NCBI GenBank assembly: GCA_031580945.1
Contig: JAVLBT010000002.1
Span: 5,016-69,015, forward strand
Origin: Gracilimonas sp.
GTDB taxonomy: Bacteria; Bacteroidota; Rhodothermia; Balneolales; Balneolaceae
DNA: 64,000 nucleotides
Reading direction: 5' to 3'
A program made the position numbers and the translations under genes. This document shows, one piece after another, positions 27,666 to 38,816 of the stretch. Every line of letters begins with the position of its first letter. The stretch's first letter is position 1. The notes under the pieces are model-generated. The model made no database searches and had not been told where the DNA came from. It saw only the letters and a program-made list of their open reading frames with translations.

Positions 27666-28913
27666 TTACAGATTTGGGTTGTTATTTCGTTCACTTTGAG
27701 TGACTGGGAAATAATCCCAAGCAGTAGCTGGTAAATGCCAGTTTCCTGTTCTTCTTTGGTCAATCATACGAATACCTGTATGAAGAAGTTCTTTATCTCT
27801 TTCTTCGAGAATAATGGCTTCTGTAATTGTACCTGTAAGAGCAGGAATGCCATATGCAGCTCTAACTTCATTAACTAAAGTGAGAGCATCAGATGTAATG
27901 GTTTCACCATTCACTTCTGCTTCAGCAAGCATAAGATTATTCTCTTGCCAGCTAATGATATTTAAATTTGCATCAGGACCTAAAGAAGATCTCCAAAAGG
28001 TACTACCGTTTGTTTCTGCCTCGTCAGTAAGTTCATTTGGATCGCTCACTTCTTCTATTGCTAACCTATTAGCTTCAGTAGGTTCTGCAGCAATATAATC
28101 TGCGAATCGTTGGTTCACAGAAAACTGAGTACGACTTGGACCTGCCTGAGCATAATAGTTCTGCTGAGATTCCAGACTATGGATAGATTGGAAAGGTGCG
28201 TCACCAGATTGCAATCCATCTTCTAAATAAGGAACAGCTGCAGCAAATTCGTTTTGGAAAACATGTATTCTTCCAATTAATGAATTTACTACTCGTTCTT
28301 CATAAGCAGAAGGTGCACTTGCTAAAGCTGCTTCAAGAAATGTTTTGGCATTGTCATAAAGTGTTGCAGCTGGGATTGGGGCACTGTTGTCAATAGGTGC
28401 AGCACCACCTTGTCCTAACTCAACACCAAAGTAAGATGCATAAGCAGCTCGGGTTAAACCGGCATACAAGTTACCAATATAAGTAGCTCTTGTTTCAAGA
28501 GCGGCATCAGTAAAGGTAATCGCATCAACTTTTTGCAGAAGGTCATCAGCTAAGAAACGAGCTTGACCTAAAGTGTTGTAGGGTCCATCCACACTATTGT
28601 TATCGAATTGGATATCTCCTTCATCGATATCTCCAAAAGTAGGGAATGTTGCATCACTAACTGTATCAGGTTCGAATTCCCAAGCGTCTGAGAATCCGTC
28701 TGCAATTACAGAAAGTGCGTCATGATTGATATTAAAACGTCCAATTACACCATCAATAACAAATGGTATCTGATCTTCGGCATTCAGGTTTTCCTGAGGT
28801 ACGAGATCGATCGGATCGTCAACATCCTGTACGTAGTCTTCGCATGACACGGCTGCAAATAATACAACAACCAGTGTCAATAATAATTTGTTAAGTTTCA
28901 TAATAAAATCCAT
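27666..28913 (-). CDS. SusD/RagB-like lipoprotein
   Basis: Lipobox AVSC; LMLAEA..VNEVR..ERDKELLHTGIRMIDQRR..FPVTQSERNNNPNL. Confidence 0.88.
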   Translation of the reverse strand: MDFIMKLNKLLLTLVVVLFAAVSCEDYVQDVDDPIDLVPQENLNAEDQIPFVIDGVIGRFNINHDALSVIADGFSDAWEFEPDTVSDATFPTFGDIDEGDIQFDNNSVDGPYNTLGQARFLADDLLQKVDAITFTDAALETRATYIGNLYAGLTRAAYASYFGVELGQGGAAPIDNSAPIPAATLYDNAKTFLEAALASAPSAYEERVVNSLIGRIHVFQNEFAAAVPYLEDGLQSGDAPFQSIHSLESQQNYYAQAGPSRTQFSVNQRFADYIAAEPTEANRLAIEEVSDPNELTDEAETNGSTFWRSSLGPDANLNIISWQENNLMLAEAEVNGETITSDALTLVNEVRAAYGIPALTGTITEAIILEERDKELLHTGIRMIDQRRTGNWHLPATAWDYFPVTQSERNNNPNL

Positions 28914-28919
28914 ATCTGT

Positions 28920-31790
28920 TTAGAATCCAAGATTTAGAGTTGCATAAAATACTCGTGGAACGGGCAGTGTTAAGAAATCTGCGCCACGGGTAAGGCTTCT
29001 TGCACCTGTGAAGTTAACTTCAGGATCGTTTCCTGGATAATCTGTCAGGGTAAACAAGTTACGGGCAGCTACGGCTAAACTTAAGTTACGAACAGATCCG
29101 CTAAGTGGGGTTTGTTCGATCAGGTTATTAAAGTTATAGCTTAAGCTTACCTCGCGAATCTTGATGTAATCCGCATCATAGATGAAGTTACCATCATAAT
29201 TAGGATTCATGTTTGCCAAGTCATTAGCAGCATCTACATAACCATCATCACCAGGTGAGAGGCTCTGGAATCTGGATACAATGTCATTGTACTCCTGATC
29301 GTTTGCGAAGAGAATCTGGAAGATCTTGGTATTGTTATATACTTGCAGATCAGCAGCCCAGTCAATGAGTGTATAGAACTCAAATCCATCAAGGAAACTG
29401 AAATTCAATCTTACAGATCCGTTGTGTGTCGGATAAGGATTCCCTTTGTGTACTCTTTCTGAGCTCACATTTGGTCCAGCATAAGCACCGCTACCGTCAA
29501 AAGCAGCACCGTCAACATCTAATACATAGAAAGCAGACTTTGGAAGGCCTTCTTGAATTACGTTGATATCAAAGCCGTCAAATATGGGCTGAGCACCACC
29601 GAGGTCAGTAACTTCGTTTGTTTGATAACTGTAAAGAATATTGAAATCAAACTGGAAATTACGACTTCTGACTGGGGTACCATTAATTCCTAACTCAATA
29701 CCGGATCCTTCAACTCCACCAACGTTTAATGGAGGATCATCGAAAGTCAAACCTGTAGAAGGAGATTCTTCAAAACCAATGATAGACTCGGCAGCATTTT
29801 GCATGTAGTATGTAAGCTCAAATCCGTAAGCGCCTAAGAAATCGGCATCAAGGCCAAACTCATATTCACTTACTTCCTCTGGTTCGATCTCGGGATTACC
29901 AATTTGATCGGGAACTGCACCACGTCCAATACCATAAGTTGCAGCAGTCCAAAGTACATCTACACCATCAAAAATACCTGGTAGCTGTCCTGTAACTCCG
30001 TATGCAGCACGAACTTTAAGCAGGTCAAAGAAGTCTGGTGCAAAATCGAATTGATCTAAACGAACAGAACCACGTGCCTGTGGATAGAAAATAACAGGTG
30101 CTTCATTACCAGTTGCTGATGCGTAATCAAGACGACCACCAACAGAAATGAAATAAGTATCCATAATGCTAAAATCATGCTGAGTAAAAATACCAGCTTC
30201 TCTAACATTAAGGAAAGACTCATCGCCCTGTATGAATAATCCACCAGAACCTACATTTTTAATAGAGCTTGAAGCAAAATCATTTTTCTCAATGAAATTT
30301 GAAGTTACTGTTCTGTCGAAAATTTGTGAACCTACAACTGATGTAACGTTGATGTCATCATTTACATCAAAGCGGTAAGTTGCATTTACATCATATGTAA
30401 ACTGCTGATTTCTTCTATCGAAAACTGAACGGGAACCATTGATAATTCCTGCATAACCGAAATCAGGGCTGTAAAACTGTGTTTGACGGAAATTACTTCC
30501 ATCATATCCAACAGATCCTTTCAAGGTTAAGTTATCGATTGGTTGCCAGTTTGCAGATAAAGATCCTACAAAACGATTTGTTTCGTTGTCATCTTCAATT
30601 GCTCTAATGGCATCTTCAGCAGTAAAGTTGAATGTATTACCACCTGGCGCAAGAATAAGGTTACCTAACCAGCCAAAAATGTTATTATCATTCTGTGGAC
30701 GGCTGATCTCATTCAGTGTAAATGAAGAATTAGCTTCAATAGTTAGTTGCTCGGTTGGAAATGCTTCAAAATTAGCTCGGAAACTTTGACGGTCCAGTGT
30801 GTTTTGTGGCCCGAGAGCTTCTTCGTGTCGTTGACCAATGGATGTGAAGTAACGAACACTGTTGTTACCACCGCTTACGCTAATTTGATTTTCCCAAAGT
30901 GGATTACTGTCAATGTATTCATTGGCTTCATCAGCACTTATTAATTCATCAGGGTCATAATCCTGTTGCTTGGTATTCATACCATAAACGCTACGGTAAT
31001 CAACCTGAAGAGCACCTTCTTGTCCACCAATACCACGACCATCTTTGGTTGTGATCAATACAACACCATTAGAACCAGAAGTTCCGTAAAGCGCTGCAGC
31101 AGCAGGACCTTTTAATACGTCTACACTGGCAATATCGTTAGGGTTAAGGTCAGCTAAGGCGCCAATGCCCTGTCCACCAACTCCAAAACCTTCTATCTGG
31201 GAGTTGTCAACGCGGGTTCCATCAATGTAAATGATTGGCTGTCCATTACCGCCAAGTCCACCACCACTACGTACAACGAAGCGGATACCACCACCTGGGT
31301 TTCCAGATGCAGGCTGAACGGTTAATCCGGAAACTTTACCACCCAACAATTCACTGATACCAGTGTAAGTGTTTGTTTCTTGGAGTTCTTCTGCGTTTAC
31401 TTTAGAAATAGCCACAGGAGATACTGACCGTGATGTACTGGATGCAATACCAGTTACAACAACTTCTTCAAGTCCGAGGACGTCTTCCTCAAGTTCAATA
31501 TCTAAAGTTAATGTTCCTGTTCCTACTTCGACGGAAGTCGCAAAGGAAGTAAATCCGACAAAATTCGCTCTTAGCGTGTAAGTGCCGGGCTCAACTCCTC
31601 TAATTTCGTACTCACCATCAAGGTTTGTAGCAGCACCCATGCTGGTTCCAGCAAGAGTGATGTTAACACCGATTAATGGCTCTGATGTAGCAGCATCAGT
31701 AACGGTACCGGTTATAGTCCCTGTTTGTGCATAAATACTTGTACTAAGTACAAACACAAAGAGGAACAATAGTTGTAGCTTTTTTAACAT
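28920..31790 (-). CDS. SusC/RagA TonB-dependent receptor
   Basis: DLNPNDIASVDVLKGPAAAALYGTSGSNGVVLITTK; DPEV; C-terminal LNLGF. Confidence 0.94.
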   Translation of the reverse strand: MLKKLQLLFLFVFVLSTSIYAQTGTITGTVTDAATSEPLIGVNITLAGTSMGAATNLDGEYEIRGVEPGTYTLRANFVGFTSFATSVEVGTGTLTLDIELEEDVLGLEEVVVTGIASSTSRSVSPVAISKVNAEELQETNTYTGISELLGGKVSGLTVQPASGNPGGGIRFVVRSGGGLGGNGQPIIYIDGTRVDNSQIEGFGVGGQGIGALADLNPNDIASVDVLKGPAAAALYGTSGSNGVVLITTKDGRGIGGQEGALQVDYRSVYGMNTKQQDYDPDELISADEANEYIDSNPLWENQISVSGGNNSVRYFTSIGQRHEEALGPQNTLDRQSFRANFEAFPTEQLTIEANSSFTLNEISRPQNDNNIFGWLGNLILAPGGNTFNFTAEDAIRAIEDDNETNRFVGSLSANWQPIDNLTLKGSVGYDGSNFRQTQFYSPDFGYAGIINGSRSVFDRRNQQFTYDVNATYRFDVNDDINVTSVVGSQIFDRTVTSNFIEKNDFASSSIKNVGSGGLFIQGDESFLNVREAGIFTQHDFSIMDTYFISVGGRLDYASATGNEAPVIFYPQARGSVRLDQFDFAPDFFDLLKVRAAYGVTGQLPGIFDGVDVLWTAATYGIGRGAVPDQIGNPEIEPEEVSEYEFGLDADFLGAYGFELTYYMQNAAESIIGFEESPSTGLTFDDPPLNVGGVEGSGIELGINGTPVRSRNFQFDFNILYSYQTNEVTDLGGAQPIFDGFDINVIQEGLPKSAFYVLDVDGAAFDGSGAYAGPNVSSERVHKGNPYPTHNGSVRLNFSFLDGFEFYTLIDWAADLQVYNNTKIFQILFANDQEYNDIVSRFQSLSPGDDGYVDAANDLANMNPNYDGNFIYDADYIKIREVSLSYNFNNLIEQTPLSGSVRNLSLAVAARNLFTLTDYPGNDPEVNFTGARSLTRGADFLTLPVPRVFYATLNLGF

Positions 31791-31913
31791 AGTAGCCTCT
31801 GTTTAATTGTTTGTGTTTAAAAATCCTGATTTTTTAAAAACAGGTCCCTCAAATATGAGGAGAAGTAACTTTTATTACAAGAAAATTATTAGCAAGTAAT
31901 TAAAGCGTTAACA

Positions 31914-33362
31914 TCAAAGATTATAAGTTAATATAGAACCTGAGCGCCAACGCTCAATTTGTTGATTTTGGAGGGTAAAATAAAAATTTGAGCGGTTTAA
32001 TAAATAATTATCAAATGGGAAAAATTTATTATTTAGCTTGGTTCGGTAGAATGTAAAGTTCCTTTCCGGATCTTCTTTATCATACGCATAGGACCAATGC
32101 ATTTGTTCGCCAAATCTATCTACATACCAGGGAGGGCCAAATAATATATACATCATTCCCGGGTCGGTTTTCCAACCTTCTTTAAAATTAGAGAACTGTT
32201 TGTTGGCTTCTTCAACCCGCTCATAATAAAGTGAAATTACAGATTTTGCGGTGCTTGCATTTTGGACATTAGCCAGCCAAAAACGGTCAATAGCTTGTTT
32301 TAAGGAGTCTGAGGTGCTTATTGACATCAAATTATCGTATTCCTTTTCTGACATCAAATAGGACAAAGGTCGCGCCAATTCCTTAGCCGTTCTAAGAGAT
32401 GGGTAGTTGGGACTTTTGATTCCAAAATCTCTTCCTTTATATATTTCCTCATCATCTCCCTGTTTCGTGGTCACTTCCAACCGATAATTACCACGGTCTA
32501 AATTTTTAAATCCAAATTCAATGATTACGCTTCCGGTTTGATTTAATTCCCTCGTGGAAGATTGAATAATTTCAAAATCATCATAAACTATTCCTTTATA
32601 TGCCATGCTCGATGGGGAGTAATCATTATAATTCATGGGGCGGGCAATACTGGTATCAGATTTAAATTTTAATAACCGGGAATTAAGATTTATTGGTACG
32701 TCGGGATTATTATTTGTGACCTGAAATGTGAATTTCAGAGAGTCTAAACTTGATTGTATGTCATAAGTAGTTGCTTGTTTGAAGGCTGGATCAGCGGCAG
32801 ATGAGTCCTTACCAAGTATCCTGATCTCCGTTATATGGGGCTTGTTGTCTTGGGGATTAGGAAGGGAGGTTAACACAGACCTTTGGGATCGCTGTCCGGA
32901 AGCGCCGTCTGTAACACTTACGGTAATTTTATAATCACCGGGCCCCATGGGATATGTTTTCTCGAAAGAGAATACATCCTGACTATAAACAATTCTGTTA
33001 TTCAGGCTAGTGAGCACTTCAGAATAGTTTTCATTCGCAACAACTTCAGATTCGTCTGTTTCAGGATTTTTTATAATCTGAACATCGATATCAATCTCAG
33101 CTTTAAATACATCATCTTTACCCGAATATATTAGACTTCCATACACAACATCTCCGGATACAATGATCTTTGGAGTATTGTTTGCATCAACGTGCCCGGT
33201 AGCTGCAAGGCGTAATTCAGGAAAACCCGGCCGGTAGTTATAGCCTTCACCACGATCAATATTATCATATTTGGTACTTGAGCAAGCTGCTATGGTAAAG
33301 AGTGTAAGAAATAGAAAGATTTCTTTTATTGAATATCTTTTTAGGAATGAAGGGTACATCAT
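31914..33362 (-). CDS. GWxTD domain lipoprotein
   Basis: YYERVEEAN..EGWKTDPGMMYILFGPP; lipobox IAAC. Confidence 0.88.
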   Translation of the reverse strand: MMYPSFLKRYSIKEIFLFLTLFTIAACSSTKYDNIDRGEGYNYRPGFPELRLAATGHVDANNTPKIIVSGDVVYGSLIYSGKDDVFKAEIDIDVQIIKNPETDESEVVANENYSEVLTSLNNRIVYSQDVFSFEKTYPMGPGDYKITVSVTDGASGQRSQRSVLTSLPNPQDNKPHITEIRILGKDSSAADPAFKQATTYDIQSSLDSLKFTFQVTNNNPDVPINLNSRLLKFKSDTSIARPMNYNDYSPSSMAYKGIVYDDFEIIQSSTRELNQTGSVIIEFGFKNLDRGNYRLEVTTKQGDDEEIYKGRDFGIKSPNYPSLRTAKELARPLSYLMSEKEYDNLMSISTSDSLKQAIDRFWLANVQNASTAKSVISLYYERVEEANKQFSNFKEGWKTDPGMMYILFGPPWYVDRFGEQMHWSYAYDKEDPERNFTFYRTKLNNKFFPFDNYLLNRSNFYFTLQNQQIERWRSGSILTYNL

Positions 33363-33502
33363 ACTCTCAATTATTTGTATTCTATGCTATAATACTTAAA
33401 GAATGAACAAAGTTTTGCGAAAATCATTTCACAATGATTGTAACATTTAACCTATCTTTACCATCCGTATAAATCTCTCACTCACATAAATAATCACTCC
33501 AT

Positions 33503-34936
33503 ATGATATCTGCAAGGCGCCGTACGAAAATTGTATGCACTATTGGACCCAGCTGTAATACACAGGAAAAGATTGAAGATCTTTTACTACATGGCATGAA
33601 TGTAGCCCGGGTCAATTTTTCTCATGGTACGCATGAAGATCACGCAAAAGTGATCCAATATATTCGAAATGCAGCAGAAAAGTATGAGTATAGCGTTCCT
33701 GTACTTATGGATTTACAGGGTCCAAAGATTCGTGTTGGTACCATGAAAGATGGAGGACAAGAGCTTAAAACCGGGTCTGTCGTAAAAATTACCGGAGATG
33801 ATGTAGAGGGGAGCAGTTCTGTAATACCTATTGACTATAAAAATTTATTACATGAAGCAGAAGTCGGTAATTCCATACTTTTGGATGATGGGCTTTTGGA
33901 GTTTAAGATCATTGATAAAAAACCAGATTCACTCGAAGCAAAAGTGGTAGTTGGGGGAGTGCTAAAATCCAGAAAGGGAGTAAATTTACCCAATGTCCGG
34001 ATTTCCATACCTTCACTCACAGAAAAGGACATTAAAGACCTTGAGTTTGGTATAGAACAAGATGTTGATCTAATAGCTTTATCTTTTGTGCGCACGGCAA
34101 AAGATGTACGTGATATTATTTCAAGGGTACGAGCTGCTGGAAGTCAGGCATCGATCATAGCGAAGATCGAAAAACCCGAGGCCTTAGACGTTATCGATGA
34201 GATCATCGAAGAAACAGATGGAATTATGGTTGCCCGAGGAGACCTGGGTATCGAGATCCCAACAGAGCAAGTACCCATTGTTCAAAAAATGATCATTGAA
34301 AAATGCAGAGTTGCAGGTAAGCCCGTGATCACCGCCACGCAAATGCTGGATTCCATGATCAATAATCCACGCCCTACGCGTGCAGAAAGTTCGGATGTTG
34401 CAAATGCCGTACTCGATGGTACAGACGCAGTCATGCTCTCTGGTGAAACCGCTGCAGGGAAATATCCAATGGAGGCGGTTAATGTGATGGACCGAATTTG
34501 TCGGTCGATTGAAGAAAAAAGGATGCAATTGTATAATAGTCTTGAATACCGAAAACCTGAGTGGAAAGAGAAACAGATCATTGAATCACTGGCTTTTTCT
34601 TGTGTAAGTATTGCGGAAAATGTAGAAGCTGGAGCTATTAGCACAATTACGCACTCGGGAAGCACAGCAAGGAGAATAGCAAAATTTCGCCCCAAAGTTC
34701 CTATTGTTGCTTTTACAGAAAGTCAAAAAGTACGAAGGCAATTAAATCTGGTTTGGGGCGTGTACTCGGTCCGGTTAGACGAGCTTTTTGATACGGATAA
34801 AAGTGTTAAAATGATGGAAGAGTATCTTCGTGACAATGGAATGGTCAAATCTGGAGACCGCGTTATTGTTGCAACTGGAATGCCTATAGCCAAACGTGGA
34901 CGTACAAACATGATCAAAGTAAGTACGATTGAATAG
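33503..34936 (+). CDS. pyk: Pyruvate kinase
   Basis: TKIVCTIGP, MVARGDLG, ATQMLDSM, PTRAE, MLSGETA. Confidence 0.98.
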   Translation: MISARRRTKIVCTIGPSCNTQEKIEDLLLHGMNVARVNFSHGTHEDHAKVIQYIRNAAEKYEYSVPVLMDLQGPKIRVGTMKDGGQELKTGSVVKITGDDVEGSSSVIPIDYKNLLHEAEVGNSILLDDGLLEFKIIDKKPDSLEAKVVVGGVLKSRKGVNLPNVRISIPSLTEKDIKDLEFGIEQDVDLIALSFVRTAKDVRDIISRVRAAGSQASIIAKIEKPEALDVIDEIIEETDGIMVARGDLGIEIPTEQVPIVQKMIIEKCRVAGKPVITATQMLDSMINNPRPTRAESSDVANAVLDGTDAVMLSGETAAGKYPMEAVNVMDRICRSIEEKRMQLYNSLEYRKPEWKEKQIIESLAFSCVSIAENVEAGAISTITHSGSTARRIAKFRPKVPIVAFTESQKVRRQLNLVWGVYSVRLDELFDTDKSVKMMEEYLRDNGMVKSGDRVIVATGMPIAKRGRTNMIKVSTIE

Positions 34937-34958
34937 ATTATTGCGTTAGACAACCGAT

Positions 34959-37709
34959 ATGAAATTAACATACTTCATTTATAGTGTTCTATTTATAGTG
35001 TTGCTTTCTGGCTGCAAGACTACATTTAAATCCAAATGGACCAATTTCAATGCTTACTACAATACCTATTATAATGCTAAAGAAAGTTATGAAGCGGGTC
35101 TTGAAAAAAACCTAAATCAACAACGGGATTATAATCCTCTTCAGCCCATTCGGATCCATCACAAACCGTTGAATGCAGGTTCGCAGGATTTTGAAAAAGC
35201 TATCCAAAAAGGAGCTGATGTTCTTCGCAGATATGATGACTCAAAATGGGTGGATAATGCGGTTGGACTGATTGGGAAATCCTATTATTTCAGACAGGAA
35301 TATTTCTCTGCCGATCAAAAATTCAAGGAGTTATTTGTTACCACTAAAGATGTTGACCTGCAGCAGGAGTCTATAATATGGCAGGGACGGGTACTTTTAG
35401 AAATGGAGCTGCATAATGAGGGCGTGGCTTTTTTATCGGAACAGTTGTCTCTACAAAGTGAAATTTGGTCTAAATCTCGCAGAGCTGAAGCTAAAGCACT
35501 GCTTGCACAACATCATGTGCAGTTAGAAAACTGGCAAATAGCAGCCACCGAGCTTTCTGAAGCTCTTCCCGAATTAAAGCAGAAAGAGTACCGCGAAAGG
35601 GGCTACTTTTTATTGGGACAGATCTATGAACGTATTGGAAATACAGAAGCTGCTTTTGAAGCTTACGATCAGGTTAGTGATCACTACGTAGAATATCGTG
35701 TACAATATCTCGCACAAAGAAAAAAAGCAGAAGTAGCCCGTGAGTTAGGTAGAAATGAGGTCGCATATCGCATATTTAACGATATGGTAAGGGATGATAA
35801 AAACCTTGATTATAAATCAGAGCTTGATTTTGAGTTAGCACGAACCCAACATGAGCGAGGCGAGTTCAAAAGAGCCGAAAGATCTTATAATAATGTGCTT
35901 CGTAACAAATTCAGTAAACCCTCTGCTGAAATAGCTGCAAGATCTTACAACGGATTAGCCGAGATCTACCGTTTTCAATATAATGACTTTAAAAAAGCCG
36001 CAGCTTATTATGATTCAGCAGCTCAGCGAAAAGTTCCTGATGAGCGGTTACCCGAAGAATTTAACGCCGGAGAGTTGGCAGAATCTTTTGGTAGTTATGC
36101 CCGAATCAAGAAAGATATTGCACTTCAGGATAGTCTGTTGCGATTGGGACAAATGAACAAGCAAGAGTTTGATTCTGTGATCACGCAGCTGCGTCAAAAG
36201 AAACTGGAAGAATTAGAAAGGCTGAGGGAACAACAAAAAGACCAGCAAAACCAATTAGTTAACGTAAATAAAAACGAGGAGAACACTCAGGAAGCAACGA
36301 ATATGACTAATGGCTTTCTGAACGCAAATAATCCTGTGATGCAGCAAAATGCGAGGCAGCAATTTTTTGCAATATGGGGCGATCGGCCGCTGGCTGATAA
36401 CTGGCGGGTGAGAGACCTTATCGACCTCTCAAGTATCAGTCAGGATAGCGCTGCACAAAATGGAGGGGATACCGGTAATCAACCTGAAATGCTGCAAGTG
36501 CAGATCGACCTAAGCAGGATCCCGTTCACTAAAAACGAACAGGATTCGGTAAAGCAAAAAATTGCAGCTGCTCAGTATGAATTAGGAAATTTATTTTTCC
36601 TTTCACTAAATATGCCTGATAGCGCAATTCACTACTTTAATAATGCTATTGAAAATCCTTCTTCTGAGAATGTGAATATGGTCTCTTTGTACTCACTCTC
36701 TGAGTTATATTCAAGTCAGGATGACAAGAATGAGGCAGTTAAATATGCTTACAGGCTTATCGAGCAGTATCCAAACTCTGTATATGCGACACGTGTTTCT
36801 GAGGCTTTTGGTTTGGAGAAGCCACAACAGGATTTGGAGAGCAAAGATATTATGGAAAGGTACCGGGCGATCATTACTTCAGATTCAGTTTCTACTGCTG
36901 TTAAAGCGGACTCATTAAAGTCCATGTCACTTGAAAACATAGATCATAAAATTGCACCAAGAGCACTTTTCGAGTCCATTCAGGCTTATACCCAAGATGG
37001 TAAAAAATATGACCTTTACAATTCAAAAGTTGATGACTGGATCAATAAAAGATATCGTTGGGAAGAGCGAAAAAGCAATCTACAAACAATAAAGGATTCA
37101 GCACGAACTGTGCTCAATGACACGACAGCTACTTTAACAGATGTGGAGCGGGATTCGTTACAGGCGTTGGTAGATTCGACGCTTAAGCAACCAGATTTTT
37201 CAGAAGATTTCCCTTACATAGGAGCAAGTTGGGATAGTGCGAGGGCCGCGGTAGATACATTTCTTGTTGTGTTTAAAAAGTCTGACCTGAAGCCCCGTAT
37301 AGATAGATTAGATCAAGAACTTGCCATTCCAGTTAAAGAAAAAGAGCCCGTTGAGGTTGAAGAAACTCAGGATTTGCCACAAGAACCCCCATCAGGAAAT
37401 ACTGAAAATAATGAATATGTAAAATGTGCTGAAGTAGAAGAAGGTCTGGAAATAAGAGGAGGCATGGATGCATTTATGCAATACATAGATCTTCCAGAAG
37501 ATATTCGGAATGAACAGGTCACCTATTTATTCAGGGTAAATCAACGGGGTATTTTGGATGAGTTTGTCCTACAAACCGATAATGTACCGGAGGAAATAAC
37601 TTCTGCCTTTGAAACAGCTTTTGAGGAGGAAATTTCATTCGAGCCGATGTTGATCAATGGTCAGGCGGAAAAAGTTGAGTGCGCACTTAGTTTTCCGCTC
37701 AGGAATTAG
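34959..37709 (+). CDS. TPR lipoprotein, SprE/PorW-like (type IX secretion)
   Basis: Lipobox LSGC; NFNAYYNTYYNA; many TPRs; WGDRPLADNWR motif typical of SprE/PorW. Confidence 0.7.
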   Translation: MKLTYFIYSVLFIVLLSGCKTTFKSKWTNFNAYYNTYYNAKESYEAGLEKNLNQQRDYNPLQPIRIHHKPLNAGSQDFEKAIQKGADVLRRYDDSKWVDNAVGLIGKSYYFRQEYFSADQKFKELFVTTKDVDLQQESIIWQGRVLLEMELHNEGVAFLSEQLSLQSEIWSKSRRAEAKALLAQHHVQLENWQIAATELSEALPELKQKEYRERGYFLLGQIYERIGNTEAAFEAYDQVSDHYVEYRVQYLAQRKKAEVARELGRNEVAYRIFNDMVRDDKNLDYKSELDFELARTQHERGEFKRAERSYNNVLRNKFSKPSAEIAARSYNGLAEIYRFQYNDFKKAAAYYDSAAQRKVPDERLPEEFNAGELAESFGSYARIKKDIALQDSLLRLGQMNKQEFDSVITQLRQKKLEELERLREQQKDQQNQLVNVNKNEENTQEATNMTNGFLNANNPVMQQNARQQFFAIWGDRPLADNWRVRDLIDLSSISQDSAAQNGGDTGNQPEMLQVQIDLSRIPFTKNEQDSVKQKIAAAQYELGNLFFLSLNMPDSAIHYFNNAIENPSSENVNMVSLYSLSELYSSQDDKNEAVKYAYRLIEQYPNSVYATRVSEAFGLEKPQQDLESKDIMERYRAIITSDSVSTAVKADSLKSMSLENIDHKIAPRALFESIQAYTQDGKKYDLYNSKVDDWINKRYRWEERKSNLQTIKDSARTVLNDTTATLTDVERDSLQALVDSTLKQPDFSEDFPYIGASWDSARAAVDTFLVVFKKSDLKPRIDRLDQELAIPVKEKEPVEVEETQDLPQEPPSGNTENNEYVKCAEVEEGLEIRGGMDAFMQYIDLPEDIRNEQVTYLFRVNQRGILDEFVLQTDNVPEEITSAFETAFEEEISFEPMLINGQAEKVECALSFPLRN

Positions 37710-38748
37710 TTTTATAATTCCGTAGACCTTTTTTCAAATTCCTTACCAATCCAGGGCCTTTGTAGATCATGCCGGTGTAAATTTGAATGAGAGAAGCCCC
37801 CGCTTCTAACTTTTTTATAGCAGCATCTGCGTCATCGATACCACCAACACCAACTATGGGTTTCTGACCTTCCGTAATTTCATGCAACCATCGTACGACT
37901 TCTGTACTTCTTTCTTGAATGGCTTTTCCGCTTAAACCTCCAGTACCGATCTTGGATATAATGCGCCCCGGTGTCTTCAATCCTTTTCTGGAGGAAGATG
38001 TATTGGTAGCGATGTATCCGCTTATTCCGTACGCTTCACATATTGAAACCAATTTTGCTAATAATTCACGTTCTATATCAACGGTAAACTTGACGAGTGT
38101 GGGTTTTTTATTCTCATCATTATCATCAGAAAAAAGAGCACTTAAAAGTTCATCAAGGGCAACAGGATCTTCAAAGGTTTTACCTTCGCCTGTGTTGGGG
38201 CATGATATGTTTACGGTAATGTAGTCAGCCACTGTTGAGGCTTTTTTATAACTATACACATAATCCTGAATTGCATCATCGCCTTGAATAGAATGATCAT
38301 TGGTTTTTGCAATATTGACCCCCAGTGGAATGTCAAGATTCAAGTCTTTGAGCCGGTCAATTACGGCATCAGCACCGTCATTATTCAATCCCATCCGATT
38401 GATAAGAGAGTCATCCATGCTTAATCGAAAAGCCCTGGGCTTTGGATTTCCAACTGATGCCCGCGCAGTTATACTTCCCACCTCCACAAATCCAAAGCCA
38501 AGAGCCTGCATTGCAAGAGGGGTTGTGCCATTTTTATCAAAACCAGCAGCCAGCCCAACCGGATTAGGAAAAGTAAGCCCAAAATGCTCTGTTTGAAGTT
38601 CGGGGGTAGGCAAACCGTAAATAATATTTACGAGTTTAGCCAGGGTCGGGCTCCGCTGTGTTTTAGAGGCCAAATTAAGCGCAAGGTCGTGAGCTTCTTC
38701 GGCATCTTTATTGAATAAAATTGGTTGTATAGCTTTTTGATAAAACAT
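37699..38748 (-). CDS. pyrD: Quinone-dependent dihydroorotate dehydrogenase
   Basis: NPVGLAAGFDK, INRMGLNN, NISCPN, GGLSG, QIYTG. Confidence 0.96.
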   Translation of the reverse strand: MFYQKAIQPILFNKDAEEAHDLALNLASKTQRSPTLAKLVNIIYGLPTPELQTEHFGLTFPNPVGLAAGFDKNGTTPLAMQALGFGFVEVGSITARASVGNPKPRAFRLSMDDSLINRMGLNNDGADAVIDRLKDLNLDIPLGVNIAKTNDHSIQGDDAIQDYVYSYKKASTVADYITVNISCPNTGEGKTFEDPVALDELLSALFSDDNDENKKPTLVKFTVDIERELLAKLVSICEAYGISGYIATNTSSSRKGLKTPGRIISKIGTGGLSGKAIQERSTEVVRWLHEITEGQKPIVGVGGIDDADAAIKKLEAGASLIQIYTGMIYKGPGLVRNLKKGLRNYKTNS

Positions 38749-38816
38749 ATGAGTAATGATACGAAAAAGGATTCAAAAAGAGTGAAAGAACCCGTATAAT
38801 CGAACGTCATCATTCC

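Noticed and set aside
33415-33434. Rex-like operator TTGCGAA-N6-TTCACAA upstream of pyk
   Set aside because: Spacer is 6 nt instead of the canonical 4, and there is no second copy to support it
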